Positions 31,544 through 42,104 of a stretch of DNA of 64,000 nucleotides are shown piece after piece (positions within the stretch are counted from its first letter, which is position 1; each line of letters starts with the position of its first letter). The notes beneath the pieces were generated by a model that saw only the letters and a list, made by a program, of their open reading frames with translations, did no database searches and was not told the origin of the DNA. Made by a program: the position numbers and the translations under genes. This stretch comes from Candidatus Woesebacteria bacterium (GTDB lineage Bacteria; Patescibacteriota; Microgenomatia; UBA8517). The stretch lies in contig CAWASW010000007.1 in assembly GCA_963784785.1 (NCBI GenBank), positions 66,394 through 130,393 of the forward strand, in the 5' to 3' direction.

Positions 31544-32068
31544 AATTATTATTATACATTACCTTTCTTTTCCTATATATGCACCTTCAATCATTCCTCT
31601 AAACCACAATCTATTTGAGACCTCTCGTATTAAATTGGCACGAACCACTTCAATTTCATCATTTGCATTAACAACAACCCAACGAGCATCTATTTCTGCC
31701 ATTTTACGATAGCCAGCATTAGCACGCCTATGAAATGCTTCACTCATTGCGTCCATTCTGTTCCATTCACCACTTTGTGATTTTCTACCTAATCCGACTT
31801 CGATATCCACATCTAATAGAACAGTTAAATCTGGTTCCAAACCTCCAGTTGCAAAGGTAATCAAATCGTTAAGTTTATGTATGCTTTGTTGATGACCAAA
31901 ACCTTGATAAGCTATGGTGGAGTCATAAAAACGATCGCAGACAACTATTTGCCCCAATGCTAATTTCGGTTTAATTACTTCTTCAACTATCTGAGCTCTT
32001 GCCGATTGATAAAGTAATGCTTCAGTTCGCGGATGCATCTCAACGTTTTTGATGTCATGCAAAACATT

Positions 32069-33199
32069 GGCTTAATAGCATAGTGTGTTGATATAACAGA
32101 AAGATATAGTTGATAATACGCCTCATTTTGAGTTTGAATAGTATTCAATGGGTCAAAGAACACTTTTGTGCATATCCTGTAATAGTAAAATGTTTCTGTG
32201 GGGAAAGACTGGAACTGGAAAGAAAAGATGGTTTTGTAAAGTTTGTAAAACTTCAAGAATTTACCACAATAAAAAGAAAGATTTTAAAGTAGTTGATCTT
32301 TTCAGACAGTATATTTTGTGGGGTTTGACATATGAAATGCTGTCTTCTGTCTCAGGTTTGTCTGTAAGATATTTGGAGGGTGAATTTCATAAGTTATTGC
32401 TTCTTGATCCTCCAAAACTTCCTAGATTTGATCAAACTTTGTCTGGAAGAATTGATACTGCATATCTTTTGATTGATGGGCTTTGGTTTGGAAGATGGTT
32501 TGTCTTGATGCTGTATAGACAAAGTGGAACTTTGTACCTTTTGCATGTATCTATTGCTGGTAGAGAGGCTTCAACAAAAATAGTTAAGGATTTGAGGTTC
32601 ATAAAGGAGGAATTAAAATACACATTTTCAGGCTCTGTAACAGATGGAGGAACTGCCATTTGTTCTGCGGTTGATGAAGTGTATCCCCCACTCTCCACAT
32701 CAGATATGTCTTGCTCATATGCATAGAGATATTGTAAATGCACTTGGTAGACACTCAAAAGATAGAAGAATTGAAGAATTAATAAAAATTGCAAACCACA
32801 TTTGGTTCATAGAAAGTCATGAAGCTTTGAAATACTGGGAAACAATCTTAAAAGATTGGGTTAAGGCTAATTTCTTCTTTCTGAAAGAGATGAGGACAGA
32901 TGATTCTGGCCACAGTTGGTATATTCATAAAGGTGTGAGAAAAGCTGTCAGGATCCTAATTAAACTTCCAAAAACCTCATTCAAGTTTTTAGACCACCCA
33001 ACTATGCCAAAAACAACAAATGAAATTGAAGCTACATTTGGGCATATAGGACAAAGATGGTTAAGACATAAAGGCCTTAAAAAGACTCGTTGGGAAAGTT
33101 ACCTTAAATGGTTTGTATATTATTACAACTTTGAAAAAATGAAGGCCGATAATAAAACAAAACAGGATTAGAAAAACAACACATTAGTTCCATTAAGCC
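32069..33199 (+). mobile_element. 1131-bp insertion sequence, IS256 family (IS1249-like)
   Basis: IRs GGCTTAATAGCATAGTGTGTTG and GGCTTAATGGAACTAATGTGTTG (rc); 8-bp TSD AAAACATT at 32061-32068 and 33200-33207. Confidence 0.92.
32148..33171 (+). pseudogene. DDE transposase with +1 frameshift
   Basis: Zn ribbon C..C-C..C, IDG, TDG, QICLAH, TTNEIE; extra C in the C5 run at 32685-32689. Confidence 0.88.
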
Positions 33200-33423
33200 A
33201 AAACATTTCTTATTTGTTCTCCAATTGAAGTTCCACCGGGCTCACGAGTTGGAAAAACAGTAAAACCTTGTTCTCGTAGAAATTGAATAAGACGCGGCAT
33301 CTGTGATGTTTTTCCACAGCCCTCCTCCCCTTCCAGATTTATTAAAAATCCACCATTTATTTTTCGCATCTTGAGGCAAAGATATCTCAGAGCTATCAAA
33401 ACTTCAATGAGGAAAAACAAATT

Positions 33424-33849
33424 TCATTTTCTGCCAGTACTTCCAAAGCCCTTTTCGACTCTTGAAGAATCTGACAAATCTTCTACAAGTTCGATTGTTG
33501 GTTGTTTTGCATTTTGTAATATTCCCTGTGCAATTTTATCTCCCACTTCAATTTTATAGTCATTTCCACTCAAATTAATCATTATAATTTTCCACTCTCC
33601 TCTGTAACCTGAATCAATCACCCCACCCATAACATGCATTCCTTTAATTGCCATACTACTTCTGTCTCTGATTGATACAAAATAATCGTTAGGTATTTCT
33701 GATGAAATTCCGGTTGCAACAGCATAGTACTCCATTGGTATTAAAGTTTTCACTTCAATTGAATATATTCCAAACCCAGCGTCATCAGTATGTGCATACG
33801 ATGGCATAATTGCCTTCGAGTCAAGAAGTTTAAATTTTAGTTTGTTCAT
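33424..33849 (-). CDS. dut: dUTPase
   Basis: RSSMA, GVIDSGYRGE, IAQG, GFGSTG. Confidence 0.96.
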   Translation of the reverse strand: MNKLKFKLLDSKAIMPSYAHTDDAGFGIYSIEVKTLIPMEYYAVATGISSEIPNDYFVSIRDRSSMAIKGMHVMGGVIDSGYRGEWKIIMINLSGNDYKIEVGDKIAQGILQNAKQPTIELVEDLSDSSRVEKGFGSTGRK

Positions 33850-34262
33850 TAAAATGATGTTTTAATTCCTACTTTTTTAAAATCAGAATCGAGTGTAAAA
33901 ACTTCATTAATTTTATAATCTTTAACCAAATTAAAAATTGAAGCGTCTACAAAGGATAGCTTATGTTCTGCAAATTTAATCATCGTCTCTGTAGATTTAT
34001 CAAACATAACTTCATCAACATCTAGCACTTTCAGCTCGCCAGCTTTGATAGCAGTATCAATTTGGTTTATTATTTTCTTCAAAACAACCTTTCCCAAAGT
34101 ATAAATAACTCTTGTATAAAGTTCATTCAATACATAATAAGAAGTATAAAATTGATATCTGTTATTGACATACTCGTCAAAATTACTTGAAGCCTCTTTA
34201 TGTTTGATCTCATTTTTAACAAAAATTGCCAAATAAGCACTAGTGTCAATAAATATTTTCAT
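33849..34262 (-). CDS. PIN-domain toxin
   Basis: FIDTSA, E, SFVDASI, TLDSDF. Confidence 0.92.
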   Translation of the reverse strand: MKIFIDTSAYLAIFVKNEIKHKEASSNFDEYVNNRYQFYTSYYVLNELYTRVIYTLGKVVLKKIINQIDTAIKAGELKVLDVDEVMFDKSTETMIKFAEHKLSFVDASIFNLVKDYKINEVFTLDSDFKKVGIKTSF

Positions 34263-34265
34263 TAG

Positions 34266-34526
34266 TTAGTCGATTAAATACTCCGTATCGTCTTTCATTG
34301 CATAGTTTGTTGATTTTTTACCAAGATCAATTAAACCAATAAAATTCTGAAGATTTGATTTTTTGGCAAGTGGAGTTTTTGTAACAGAAAGAATTTTCAG
34401 CACGTTATGAGCATAGCGATCTACAAGATCTCGAATGATTTTTGATCTTGAAACACCTGTAAATTCCTGAGTTTCGTCAATTATCGCTACTGAACCAGAA
34501 TCTAAATATATTTAGTATCTTGTCAT
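34266..34526 (-). pseudogene. RHH/CopG antitoxin with nonsense codon 5
   Basis: MTRY*IYLD...GVSRSKIIRDLV; TAA at 34512-34514; not in the ORF track. Confidence 0.8.
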
Positions 34527-34609
34527 GAATATACATTACTATATATGGTGTATGTTTGTCAATATCTTTGGCACTTTTCTTTTTACTTATATGTTGTATA
34601 AATATCTAA

Positions 34610-35152
34610 ATGCTAATTATTGGAATTACAGGCACTTCAGGGGCAGGAAAAGGAACAGTCGTCGAATATTTAGTCAACAAACTTAAATTTAGACATTATT
34701 CTGTTGGCGATTACTTAATTGAGGAAATTAAAAAAAGAGGTTTGGAAGCAAATAGAGACAATCAAAGAGAGATTGCAAATGAGATAAGAACATTAAAGGG
34801 ACCGGATTTTATTACACAAGAATTATTTAAAATTGCAGAATCAAAACAAGAAAATGCAATTATAGAAAGTATCAGAAATCCAAAAGAAGTAGATTTCATA
34901 AAATCAAAGGGCGGCAAAATGCTTGCGGTAACTGCTGACCAAAAAATAAGATTTGAAAGAATTAAATTAAGACAATCTGAAAAAGACAACGTAACATTTG
35001 AGGAATTCCAGAAACAAGAAGAAAAGGAATTTCAAAATACTGATCTTAATGCACAGAATCTTCCAAAGTGTATTGAAATGTCTGATATTATTATTACTAA
35101 CAACGAGAGTTTAGAAAAACTATATGAACAAATTGAAGATGCAATTAAATAA
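34610..35152 (+). CDS. P-loop NMP/dephospho-CoA kinase-like protein
   Basis: GITGTSGAGKGT, ESIRNP.EV, RFER. Confidence 0.88.
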   Translation: MLIIGITGTSGAGKGTVVEYLVNKLKFRHYSVGDYLIEEIKKRGLEANRDNQREIANEIRTLKGPDFITQELFKIAESKQENAIIESIRNPKEVDFIKSKGGKMLAVTADQKIRFERIKLRQSEKDNVTFEEFQKQEEKEFQNTDLNAQNLPKCIEMSDIIITNNESLEKLYEQIEDAIK

Positions 35153-35627
35153 TCATGTTCGCCCTAGCTGGGATGAATATTTTTTAAATATTATGAGAAC
35201 TGTGTCCGAAAGGGCGACCTGCGACAGAGGACGAGCGTCTTCAGTTTTTGTAAAAGATAAACAAATCCTAGTAACTGGCTATGTTGGCTCCCCTATTGGT
35301 ATGCCACATTGTGATGAGGTTGGGCATCAACTCAAAAAAACAATTCATGAAGATGGGACAATTACTGAACATTGTGTCAGAACAGTACATGCAGAACAGA
35401 ATGCAATTTGCCAAGCTGCAAGACGCGGTGTCCCGCTTGAAGGCTCTACAGTTTACGTCAATATGACCCCCTGCAGAACTTGTGCAATGCTTCTAATTAA
35501 CTCTTGCATCAAAAGGGTTGTTGCAGCCAACAAATATCATGCCGGCGCCGAATCCGAAGCAATGTTTGCAAAGGCAAAAATAAAACTGGAATTTGTCTCC
35601 TCAGAAGTGGTGAAATATAACAAGTAG
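35124..35627 (+). CDS. dCMP deaminase (ComEB-like)
   Basis: RPSWDEYF, HAEQNA, PCRTC. Confidence 0.95.
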   Translation: MNKLKMQLNNHVRPSWDEYFLNIMRTVSERATCDRGRASSVFVKDKQILVTGYVGSPIGMPHCDEVGHQLKKTIHEDGTITEHCVRTVHAEQNAICQAARRGVPLEGSTVYVNMTPCRTCAMLLINSCIKRVVAANKYHAGAESEAMFAKAKIKLEFVSSEVVKYNK

Positions 35628-35650
35628 CTCGTTCCAAGTAAAAAATAAAT

Positions 35651-36483
35651 TTAGACAATACCTTTTTGAGCCTTCATATCAGCAATTGTTGGAGTTGGCC
35701 AAACTTCTTTCATTTTATTTAATACTGTTTGTTCTGGAACACCCAATTTGACACCAGCCCTAATAACAACATCTACATCTGACTTTCTAGATTCTAAAGA
35801 AAGTGGAAGCCCCAGCTCTTCTCTGTCTTCATTTGTAGAAGTACAAGCTTTAGCTATTTTTTTAAAGACATTTTCATTTAATTCGCCCTCTGTTATATTC
35901 ATCGCCTGTGCTATTTCAGCTGTTAATATATGGCTTGGCAATCTAGATTTTCCACTCTGTTCATCTTTGATTTGCCTTTTGTCCAAAATATCGTTTCTAG
36001 TTTCTTTTGTAGCTACTATTTCTTTACCAATATGTAATAGAACTCTGTCTTCAACTTCTTCTTTTGGAAAACCTACTTTTTGTGTTTCATCAAAAAATCT
36101 TGTAATTCCATCTTTTGTTTGTAGACTATCAGCTCTCCAAGAGGAAAACACTGTAAAGTAATTGTCATAAACAATATTAGCTGCGTCTGGATGAACATCC
36201 AAGGCTTTAACTAAATGTAATCTGGATTTTGTAACCTGCAGAAAGTGATCACTTGTTTGTCCAGACAGTGTATAGTGCTCACTATCTCGTAAAGTACATT
36301 GATTTATACCAACACATAAGTCTTTTTCTGCTTGCGTTGGAATATTGGGGGGGTATTTACTTTTGCCTCTGCGATTTCCTTTTGTACTAATACAAAGCTT
36401 TCTCTCCAACTAGCATCAGTGGCTTGATTATAAAATAATGCCTTGTAATCAATTTGTTGTTGAACTGGACTTTCAGGTAACAT
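35651..36483 (-). pseudogene. Hypothetical gene frameshifted at a G7 tract
   Basis: ATG 36483 (MLPESPV..) with TATAAT upstream reads into the G7 at 36347-36353; the rest lies in another frame. Confidence 0.6.
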
Positions 36484-36529
36484 AATTTATTATAACACTT
36501 TTTGTTTATCGTCTAATTAACAAAAAAAC

Positions 36530-36811
36530 TTAATTAAATCTAATTTCCAAATTCTTCCCAAATGCTTCGGCGATTTTTTGTAGAAGGCCAATTGAAGGGC
36601 TGACAGTCATATTCTCTATCCTTGATATTACAGCCTGAGTTGTTTTTGCCTTTTTGGCAAGTTGCCTCTGAGACATCTTTGCATCAATTCTAGCTCTAAT
36701 TAATGCTCTTTGTGCTTGATATGCAGGTTCAAGCCTGTCCCATTCTTTTTTAAACTCAGGATCTTTTAATTGTTCTGCAAGATATTCATCAAAATTTGTG
36801 TGTTTAACCAT
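36530..36811 (-). CDS. XRE/HigA HTH antitoxin
   Basis: MSQRQLAKKAKTTQAVISRIE. Confidence 0.92.
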   Translation of the reverse strand: MVKHTNFDEYLAEQLKDPEFKKEWDRLEPAYQAQRALIRARIDAKMSQRQLAKKAKTTQAVISRIENMTVSPSIGLLQKIAEAFGKNLEIRFN

Positions 36812-36835
36812 AAGATTATGATATCTAATAAGGTA

Positions 36836-37174
36836 TCACATGTCAAGTAGTGTTTTATACCTACTAATTGCGACATTTAACTCTTTTATTGGAGTTTTCT
36901 GACTTTTTTTAACAAAAATATTTAGAATCATTATCTGACCATTTATTATTGATACAAGGATGATCCTGATATTATCATTACCTAAAATTCTATATTCCCA
37001 TAACTTTGTACCGATTAACTTTCTTAAATTTGGAATATCTCTACTTATACCAAATTCCTTTAACGCCGCTATAGCTTTCAATATTTTTGACCTGTACTGC
37101 TTTGAAGAATCATCAAGAATTTTCTTTACAACAGCCTTCCCATTTGAAGATGTATACAGCTCGACAATATACAT
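36836..37174 (-). CDS. RelE/HigB-family toxin
   Basis: LWEYRI..NIRI, FVKKSQKTP; toxin-first order. Confidence 0.92.
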   Translation of the reverse strand: MYIVELYTSSNGKAVVKKILDDSSKQYRSKILKAIAALKEFGISRDIPNLRKLIGTKLWEYRILGNDNIRIILVSIINGQIMILNIFVKKSQKTPIKELNVAISRYKTLLDM

Positions 37175-37219
37175 AAATTAATATTAGTACAAATGTTATT
37201 AAAAATAAAATTGAGGCGA

Positions 37220-39199
37220 CTATTCTTTTTCACCCTCGGCTACAGGTTTTTTCCATGAAGCATATTTACATTCTGGATAACGAGAGCATCCAAAGAAGTT
37301 TCCTCTTTTTGCTTTTTTGACTATCACGTCCCCTTCTTTACAATCTGGGCATTTCACTCCTACTTTATCCAAAAACTTTTCTGTATGCTTACATTCTGGG
37401 AAAAGAGAGCATGAGATAAACTTGCCAAATCTTCCTGTTCTTACTACTAGTTCTCCATCTGCACAGTCTGGGCAATGTTTGCCTAATTTCTCTGTTTCTA
37501 TTTTTACCCTAACTGAATCCTTTTCTACTGCTGCTAATTTCTTAGAAAATGGCGTCCAAAATTTTTTCATTTCTTTCTGCCATTTAATTTTTCCCTCTGC
37601 AATTCTATCTAAATCTAGTTCCATCCCTGCAGTAAAACCATAGTCCATTTCGTCAGGAAAATTAGTTACCAAAAATTCTGTGACAGCAAAACCAATTGTA
37701 GTTGGGAAAAAGTTTTTCTCTTTCTTTTCTACATAAGCTCTAAGTTGAATAGTTGAAATAATTGGAGCATACGTTGAAGGCCTACCAATTCCTAATTTTT
37801 CTAATGTCTTAATCAAAGATGCTTCATTAAATCTTGCTGGTGGTTGTGTAAACTTTTGAGTTGGATCAATTTTTACTAAATCTAAATTTTCATCTTTCTT
37901 AACTTCAGGAAGCATTACAATTTCTTTGTCGATATATGAATAACCTCCGATCACAAACAATTTTCTCCAACCATCAAAGACGAGCGTCTGACCCGACGCT
38001 CTTAGGTTGTAGGTTATAGCTGATAGGTTACAGATAGCTACAACGTCGATAGATGTTTCATTGTAAAGTGCTTGGCTCATCTGACATGCAAGAAATCGCC
38101 TACGAATAAGATCGTACAATTTTTCTTCTCCATATTCGCTATTACCTATGCCCTGTCCGCTATTACCTACGTCCGTAGGACGAATAGCTTCGTGAGCTTC
38201 TTGTGCTGATTTACTTTTTGTATGATAAATTATTGCTTTTTCTGGCAAGTATTCTTTTCCATATTCTTTTTCAATAAATTTTCTAGCAACCGCCACAGCG
38301 TCAGCAGATAAATTCAAAGAATCAGTTCTGTGGTATGTAATTAAACCCTCTTCATACAATTTCTGAGCTGCAGACATAGTTTTCTTGGCACTCCAGCCAA
38401 ACATTCTTGCAGCTGCTTGAGTTAAGGTCGAAGTAGTAAACGGTGGATACGCATTTTTTCTAACTTCTCTTTTCTTAACGTCCGCTACTTTATACTTTGC
38501 AATTTCTAGATCTTTTAAAATCTTGTCAGCGGTAGCTTTGTCTTTAACCTCTTGCTTAACTAATTGCACTTTAAAGCAATCCTGTAATACTTTTGATACT
38601 TGTAATACTTGTTTTACCTGTGCATAAATTTCCCAATATTCTTCTGGCTTAAATGCTTTTATTTCATTTTCTCTATCTACTATTAAACGAACAGCAACAG
38701 ATTGAACACGACCTGCAGATAATCCTCTTCTGACCTTTTTCCACAATAGCGGCGAAAGTTTATAACCAACAAGTCTATCAAGTACACGTCTTGCAATCTG
38801 AGCATCAACAAGATTTTGATTAACAATCCCTGGATTACTAATTGCTTCTTCCACTGCCTTTTGTGTAATTTCATGGAAAGATATTCTTTTAACTATTTTT
38901 GATCTTTTTCCAATTATGAATTCGACATGCGCAGCTATTGCTTCTCCTTCTCTATCTGGATCAGAGGCAATATAAATTTCATCAGCTAGTTTTGCTTTTT
39001 TCCTAAGATCTGCAATTGTTGATTTCTTTTTGTCTATTGGCTGATAGTCAGGTAAAAAATCATTTTCAATATCAATTGAGAGTTTGCTTTTAGGAAGATC
39101 CATGATGTGACCTTTGGTTGAATCGACAAGATAGTCAGAGCCGAGAAATTTCGACAATGTTCTTGCCTTGGTTGGACTTTCGACGATGATAAACTTCAT
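37220..39199 (-). CDS. topA: DNA topoisomerase I
   Basis: IVESPTKA, DPDREGE, SAGRVQS, ITYHRTDS, Zn ribbons. Confidence 0.98.
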   Translation of the reverse strand: MKFIIVESPTKARTLSKFLGSDYLVDSTKGHIMDLPKSKLSIDIENDFLPDYQPIDKKKSTIADLRKKAKLADEIYIASDPDREGEAIAAHVEFIIGKRSKIVKRISFHEITQKAVEEAISNPGIVNQNLVDAQIARRVLDRLVGYKLSPLLWKKVRRGLSAGRVQSVAVRLIVDRENEIKAFKPEEYWEIYAQVKQVLQVSKVLQDCFKVQLVKQEVKDKATADKILKDLEIAKYKVADVKKREVRKNAYPPFTTSTLTQAAARMFGWSAKKTMSAAQKLYEEGLITYHRTDSLNLSADAVAVARKFIEKEYGKEYLPEKAIIYHTKSKSAQEAHEAIRPTDVGNSGQGIGNSEYGEEKLYDLIRRRFLACQMSQALYNETSIDVVAICNLSAITYNLRASGQTLVFDGWRKLFVIGGYSYIDKEIVMLPEVKKDENLDLVKIDPTQKFTQPPARFNEASLIKTLEKLGIGRPSTYAPIISTIQLRAYVEKKEKNFFPTTIGFAVTEFLVTNFPDEMDYGFTAGMELDLDRIAEGKIKWQKEMKKFWTPFSKKLAAVEKDSVRVKIETEKLGKHCPDCADGELVVRTGRFGKFISCSLFPECKHTEKFLDKVGVKCPDCKEGDVIVKKAKRGNFFGCSRYPECKYASWKKPVAEGEKE

Positions 39200-39285
39200 G
39201 GGTTAATTTTTAATTTCTAATTTTTAATTTCTAATCAATTTCTAATTACTAATTAATAAAATAAATATTCAGTAAAAACTAAGAA

Positions 39286-39864
39286 TTAAGAACTAAAAAT
39301 TTTGTTAATGTAGTTTATTATTGTTTTTGGCTCATGTACAGCAGTAGCTCCATTTTCAATTAAATAATCCGTTGCTTCTGATCCCGCAATAGCGAAGACT
39401 TCAGTATCTTCATTTGCTGCATGGTTGGCGGTGGAGATTGTACCAGACCTTCTTTTTCCTTCAATAACCAAAACTGCTTGCGATAGTTTTACAATTAGCT
39501 GATTTCTGGCCAAAAAGTTTTTTGGTAATGGCTCTGTTCCCTCTGGAAAACCCGATACAACAGCACCATTTTTTGAAATTTGTTCCGCTAAATTTTTATT
39601 TTCTGGTGGATAAATAATATCAAGGCCTGAACCAATTACTGCTATAGTTCTACCTCCATATTTTAAAGCCGTCTCATGAGCCACAGTATCTATCCCTCGA
39701 GCGAGTCCTGATACTATTGTAATATTATTTTTAACAAGTTCTTTTACAAATTCCTCAGTTAATTTTCTACCTCTTGCTGACATTTCTCTTGACCCCACCA
39801 CAGCCACCGCCCTTTTGTCTTGTTCTTTTAATTCTCCTAAAATGTATAAGCAAAAATCATTCAT
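39286..39864 (-). CDS. dprA: DprA/Smf, core Rossmann domain only
   Basis: VAVVGSR, VSGLARGIDT.AH, F.ARN, SGT.ST. Confidence 0.92.
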   Translation of the reverse strand: MNDFCLYILGELKEQDKRAVAVVGSREMSARGRKLTEEFVKELVKNNITIVSGLARGIDTVAHETALKYGGRTIAVIGSGLDIIYPPENKNLAEQISKNGAVVSGFPEGTEPLPKNFLARNQLIVKLSQAVLVIEGKRRSGTISTANHAANEDTEVFAIAGSEATDYLIENGATAVHEPKTIINYINKIFSS

Positions 39865-40624
39865 AAATCGTTTTCCATAGCTTTATAAAAACTTCATCGA
39901 AATCTGCTTTCTTAACTGGATGCTTTTTATCTAACGAATAAGATTTGTAATTCGCAAAAACTTTTCTTAGTACATCTCTAGATTCTCTCACTACACATTG
40001 GTCTTTATTAAAATCTACAAAGATAGTTGGTACATTTGTAGCAAAATCGACTGGTATTTTGTATTTTAGTGTCGATAACCACTGCATGTTTAATTCTTTT
40101 AAATTTTTGTTAGGAATATATGACACTTTACGTATTAAATTTCTAATTAATTGCATAAGCAACTTGAAATTACCTATTAAATCAAAGAAAGATATAAGGA
40201 GTTTACGTAAATTATTACTGTAATATCGTCCTGATGCAATTAATATTATTTTTTTGTATTTTTTATCGTCATTTCTAATCAACTGAGTTGCTATCTGCGT
40301 ACCGTAAGAAAAACCAATTAAATTTAAGTTATCCAATTTTAATACATTAATAAATTGAGCAACAGTTTCAGATGTTGAATTTATAGAGTTATCAAGTTGA
40401 GGTAAAGAATAACCTCTCCCTGGATAATCTGGGCAAATCCACAAATCTCTTGAATCGAAATATCTTTCAAAATTTTTAAAAAACTTACCAGAATGAGAGC
40501 CGGGGGCTAAAAGCAAACAAGTTCTTCTTGGGTTCTTGATACCATTTGACCAGTATCCAAACTGCTGACCGTTTATTTTAGTTTTATGTAATTTTAGTTT
40601 AATCATTTTTAAAATATTCGTCAA
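39857..40624 (-). CDS. Alpha/beta hydrolase
   Basis: PDYPGRG, GFSYG. Confidence 0.85.
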   Translation of the reverse strand: MTNILKMIKLKLHKTKINGQQFGYWSNGIKNPRRTCLLLAPGSHSGKFFKNFERYFDSRDLWICPDYPGRGYSLPQLDNSINSTSETVAQFINVLKLDNLNLIGFSYGTQIATQLIRNDDKKYKKIILIASGRYYSNNLRKLLISFFDLIGNFKLLMQLIRNLIRKVSYIPNKNLKELNMQWLSTLKYKIPVDFATNVPTIFVDFNKDQCVVRESRDVLRKVFANYKSYSLDKKHPVKKADFDEVFIKLWKTIYE

Positions 40625-42086
40625 AAATTTTTCTTGCTATTGGGCCGGCGACCTTACTCCCTTCACCTGATTTTTCAACCATGACAGTTAATGTAATTTC
40701 AGGATTTTCAATTGGAGCAAAACTGAAAAACCATGCATGTGTTTTGTCATCTTCATTTGTTTCTGCAGTTCCTGTTTTACAAGCAGCTTCAAGTCCATTA
40801 TGCTTCTCAGCGAAGTCAAAAAAAGTAAACCCTGTCCCTCCTGTTTGGCAAGCCTTCTTCATTCCTTCTTTTACTAAACCGATATTTTCTGATTCTATTT
40901 TTAAGTCCACACATTTTGTTTTGCCAACTATTTTTAAGTCACATAGCTTTCCACCATTTACTACTGCTAAGTCCGCTCTATGTATTCCTACTGCAGTTAG
41001 TGCCAAGTCCCCTTGTCCAATCGAAAAATGATAAGTATTACCCAAGAACCATTTTTCTTTTTTTACTTTTTCTTTCCAATCTGGTGATGGAACTAAAGAC
41101 AAGACTTCACCATTCATATCAATATCAGTGAGTTTGGTAAGACCAAATCTCTTCATCCAATCAACCAAGCCATTAATACCAACCGCTTCCCCAATTTTAT
41201 AAAAAAAGGTATCAGTTGAACGAGCTAACGCTTTAGTTAGATCAATCTCGCCTTCTCTTCCACCATACTGAGTAAAGTACCAATTTGAATAGGAATAGTT
41301 ACCATAGATAGACTCTGTAGTTACGACACCAGTATCAATATATCTAAAGTCTTTGTCTATCTTTTTTTCTTCCAAGGCAGCTATTGTTACAAGGGGTTTA
41401 AAAATAGAACCAGGATGATATAGTCCCCCAATTGCACGATTAAAAAGTGGCAACTCAGGATTTGTAAGAGATGGTCTTATATCATCTGGATTATAAGTAG
41501 GTGAAGAAAAAAGCGCTAAAATCTGACCATTTTTGTCGGTTGCTACAACTGATCCAAGTTTACCAATCATTTCTTTTGCAACTGTTTTTTGCAAATTGTA
41601 ATCAATATTGGTTTTTACGTCAGTTCCTACAATTGGCTTTCTAATTCCAATTGTTCTAATTTTTTTGCCTTGGCTATTTACTTCAATTAGCTCCTCGCCA
41701 TCTATGCCAGTTAATATACAATTATATTCCTGTTGTAATCCGCCACGACCAACGACCTGACCTAATTTGTATGTTCCTTTATCAATACATTTTGGATCAA
41801 TTTTTCCAACTTCAGACTCATTAGTTTCTTGTAGGTAACCAGTGATATGGGCAAAATCAGGTCCATTTAAGTATTCTCCACCTCGTGCTAAAATTTTCCC
41901 TCTTTCAGCTTTTATTTTAATTCTATCTATTCTATTTCCTTCTGATAGATTTCTGTAAAACTCGCCTTTTATTATTTGGAGCTCAAAAAGTCTGGCTATT
42001 AAAATTAATAATCCAAGAATCAAAATGCCCCTCAAAAACCAAGAAAACCACGAATCATGTTTTGAGGATGTCGCAAGCGTTTGCAT
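40599..42086 (-). CDS. mrdA: Penicillin-binding protein 2 (class B)
   Basis: PGSIFK, STD, KTGTAE. Confidence 0.9.
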   Translation of the reverse strand: MQTLATSSKHDSWFSWFLRGILILGLLILIARLFELQIIKGEFYRNLSEGNRIDRIKIKAERGKILARGGEYLNGPDFAHITGYLQETNESEVGKIDPKCIDKGTYKLGQVVGRGGLQQEYNCILTGIDGEELIEVNSQGKKIRTIGIRKPIVGTDVKTNIDYNLQKTVAKEMIGKLGSVVATDKNGQILALFSSPTYNPDDIRPSLTNPELPLFNRAIGGLYHPGSIFKPLVTIAALEEKKIDKDFRYIDTGVVTTESIYGNYSYSNWYFTQYGGREGEIDLTKALARSTDTFFYKIGEAVGINGLVDWMKRFGLTKLTDIDMNGEVLSLVPSPDWKEKVKKEKWFLGNTYHFSIGQGDLALTAVGIHRADLAVVNGGKLCDLKIVGKTKCVDLKIESENIGLVKEGMKKACQTGGTGFTFFDFAEKHNGLEAACKTGTAETNEDDKTHAWFFSFAPIENPEITLTVMVEKSGEGSKVAGPIARKIFDEYFKND

Positions 42087-42104
42087 ATCTACATAATACC
42101 AGAA

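Larger units (their letters stand above)
31559..33369 (-). pseudogene. tmk: Thymidylate kinase interrupted by an IS
   Basis: EGEEGCGKT/TREPGG in the 5' half; DRFYDST.AYQG/PDLT in the 3' half; removing the IS plus one TSD restores ..EQIRNVL|HDIKNV.. in frame. Confidence 0.93.

Noticed and set aside
11077-34514. TAA-to-Gln recoding suggested by two CAA>TAA-like in-frame stops
   Set aside because: TAA terminates most core genes normally; the stops occur only in accessory genes
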